Assembly: GCF_036321535.1 (NCBI RefSeq)
Contig: NC_087436.1
Coordinates: 91,266,001-91,330,000, forward strand
Length of the DNA: 64,000 nucleotides
Source: Camelus dromedarius
Lineage: Eukaryota
Reading direction: 5' to 3'
A model generated the notes under the pieces. The model had not been told where the DNA came from and searched no databases. It worked only from the letters and a program-made list of their open reading frames with translations. Shown here piece by piece: positions 62,138-64,000 of the stretch (its first letter is position 1; every line of letters begins with the position of its first letter). The translations under genes and the position numbers were made by a program.

Positions 62138-64000
62138 GTGGAACAAGAGCTACCCAGTTCTTCCTGCAGTGTTCCACCACCCTCTGCTGTCAGTACTTAA
62201 CATGCTCACTTTAAAGGAGAAAAGCTTGAAATACTTAAGAAGCTCAGTCCATTTAAACAGAGAAGGTACTGAAGGGTGAATTTGGAGCTGTAAGGCATTA
62301 AATTGGTAACTGCTTTACAGAGTTCTTTTGGTGTCTTAGTAGCATTCCAAGGACAATCATGGATTTCTAGCTGATGATATTTGCCTGTTTGTACCCTTCT
62401 CAGTCAAGCATGAAGCAGTGGTGATGATATACATTCTAGCTCATACCAAGATGATGGACTTATTCTGTTTATTCAGGTATATGTATGTGTGTGCCTGTGT
62501 GTGGGGGGGGGTGCACAACTGGCTATTAATCCTTAGGTCTAAAATCCATTACCTGTCTCCCAAAATACAACAAATAGGAAGCCAGGGCCCTCATGTTCTA
62601 GGGTTAGAATAGTAACATGGTCAAAAGAAAGAAGACAAACCTTTCAACCTAAAGTAATTCTCAAACACTGTGGAGGGAGAGAGAGATAAAGCCTGTCTTA
62701 AATTTTCTTTTCTCATCTTCAGTTCATTTCCTCACATACAAACATAGTGAATCCTTTACTCCAAATACTCCTGAAATTTTCCATCTTTGACTCCAGCTCC
62801 GAAAACTGTGATTCCTCTCTGACAGCATTTGTCTCTATTCAGTATTAAAGAAGTTCCAAAGAACTTAGCATTATAAGGTACATCTCTTTGTAGAGGGAAG
62901 AATACAGAGGAGTCAAAAACAAGCAGCTCCTCAGTGGGTAGCAGGAGCAGAATGTCCAGTGCTGCGAACCTCATTTTGATAATTGCATCTTTATTAAGGA
63001 AGCACGAATGGTGCTTTGGGAAGGATCGGGGTACAGTGTGATGTTCCTTCTACCACACCCTTCCCCTAGTCACACCTTGGTGCACTCCCCAAAGATATTT
63101 CTTATATGTCTTTTCATCAATGTCTGCATATTGCTGCAGCATCCTAGGCGTTAGACAACGTTAGGTGTGTTCTTCTCAGACCTACTTACCCTATTGTAGG
63201 AAAAAAAAAAAGTGAATCTTTCACATCACTCTGATTATCTGCAGCCTATTAGGAAATACCCTTATATCCCTCTCTCCAATGAAACCCCAACTATTTCTTT
63301 TTTCAATAGATCCCTACATGGTAGTCAACACTTTTACATGCCACCACTTTGGGATTAAGCTATATAAGGGAGGACTCCCCTTTAAAGGTCTTTTAACCTC
63401 GTCTGCCTTACCATCTTTGCCGTTGCTTTTAAAAAGAATGTTCTCTAGCTCTTGACATGGATATTATTGACTGCATCTATGAGAGCATGCAGTCACTTAA
63501 TACCAGTTTCCCTAGGATGGTAAATAATTTAGATTCATCACTTTGATGACTCTACCTTGCTCTATACCAGCACCTCGAATGTGGGCCTTCCCTTCACTAG
63601 TGTAATACTAGATTTGGGCTCTATTATGTTTATCAGGCTATACTGAGAAAGCCCCATCTCACAAGAAAACCCATCGTACAGCTTGAAGATTTACATAACA
63701 GACAAGTGGCATTTAATTTCTGACCTTCTGTGTTCTTTGAAACTGCTACAATAGCCATTAAGTAAGCTAGTTAGAATTTATCTTTTAGCTTAGATGAAAA
63801 TTGGATAAAATTCTGAACTCATCTTCAATCCAAAAGCAAGGTTGAAGTCCCAAAATCAAAAAATGGGTAGTAAAGTCAGTGGAATAACTCATGGTTACAT
63901 TTTGTGCACCATATGTGCTGCTTTAACCTGCAGATGTAAAAACTTTGTGCGTTCTTTCAACATGAGTACAAAAACCCAGTCTTACAACTTTTTGGACCTC

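Larger units (their letters stand above)
61173..62313 (-). mobile_element. Ancient LTR (LTR78-like, family uncertain) interrupted by MLT1B
   Basis: 'gtccagtcgggagatagaaaccacac' at one end and 'gaagggtgaatttggagctgtaaggcattaaattggtaactg' at the other resemble antisense termini of old eutherian LTRs. Confidence 0.6.

Noticed and set aside
62756..62974. ATG-initiated 72-aa minus-strand ORF in unique DNA
   Set aside because: No recognisable homology or promoter/splice context; the length is expected by chance.
1..64000. CRISPR array, operon, endogenous viral ORF or other novel system
   Set aside because: No repeat-spacer array, no long ORFs and no gag/pol/env or non-retroviral viral homology seen; the content is ordinary eutherian non-coding DNA.

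Overview
AT-rich, CpG-depleted mammalian genomic DNA, most likely camelid (alpaca/llama/camel), judging from two tRNA-derived vic-1-type SINEs and the style of the younger L1 3' ends. There is no CpG island, no long genuine ORF, and nothing prokaryotic (no CRISPR, rRNA or operon). All recognisable ORF-track peptides are decayed L1 or L2 ORF2 fragments or microsatellite read-through. Much of the window is interspersed repeat: L1 of several ages, L2, MIR, MaLR/ERVL LTRs and hAT MITEs (MER5A, MER20, MER53, MER58A). The only plausible host-gene signal is a candidate + strand terminal coding exon at 836-891 (xYLKKLEKHLEILVDNLY*) followed by a repeat-free, 3'UTR-like kilobase; I could not identify the gene. 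The rest looks intergenic or deep-intronic. The best-supported points of interest are transposon archaeology: a 5'-inverted (twin-primed) L1 lacking a TSD, nested insertions with readable TSDs, and a microsatellite born inside an L1. There are also a few candidate regulatory or structural elements. I did not find a defensible previously undescribed biological system. Repeat family names come from recalled consensus sequences, not a database run, and boundaries are approximate unless a TSD is quoted.
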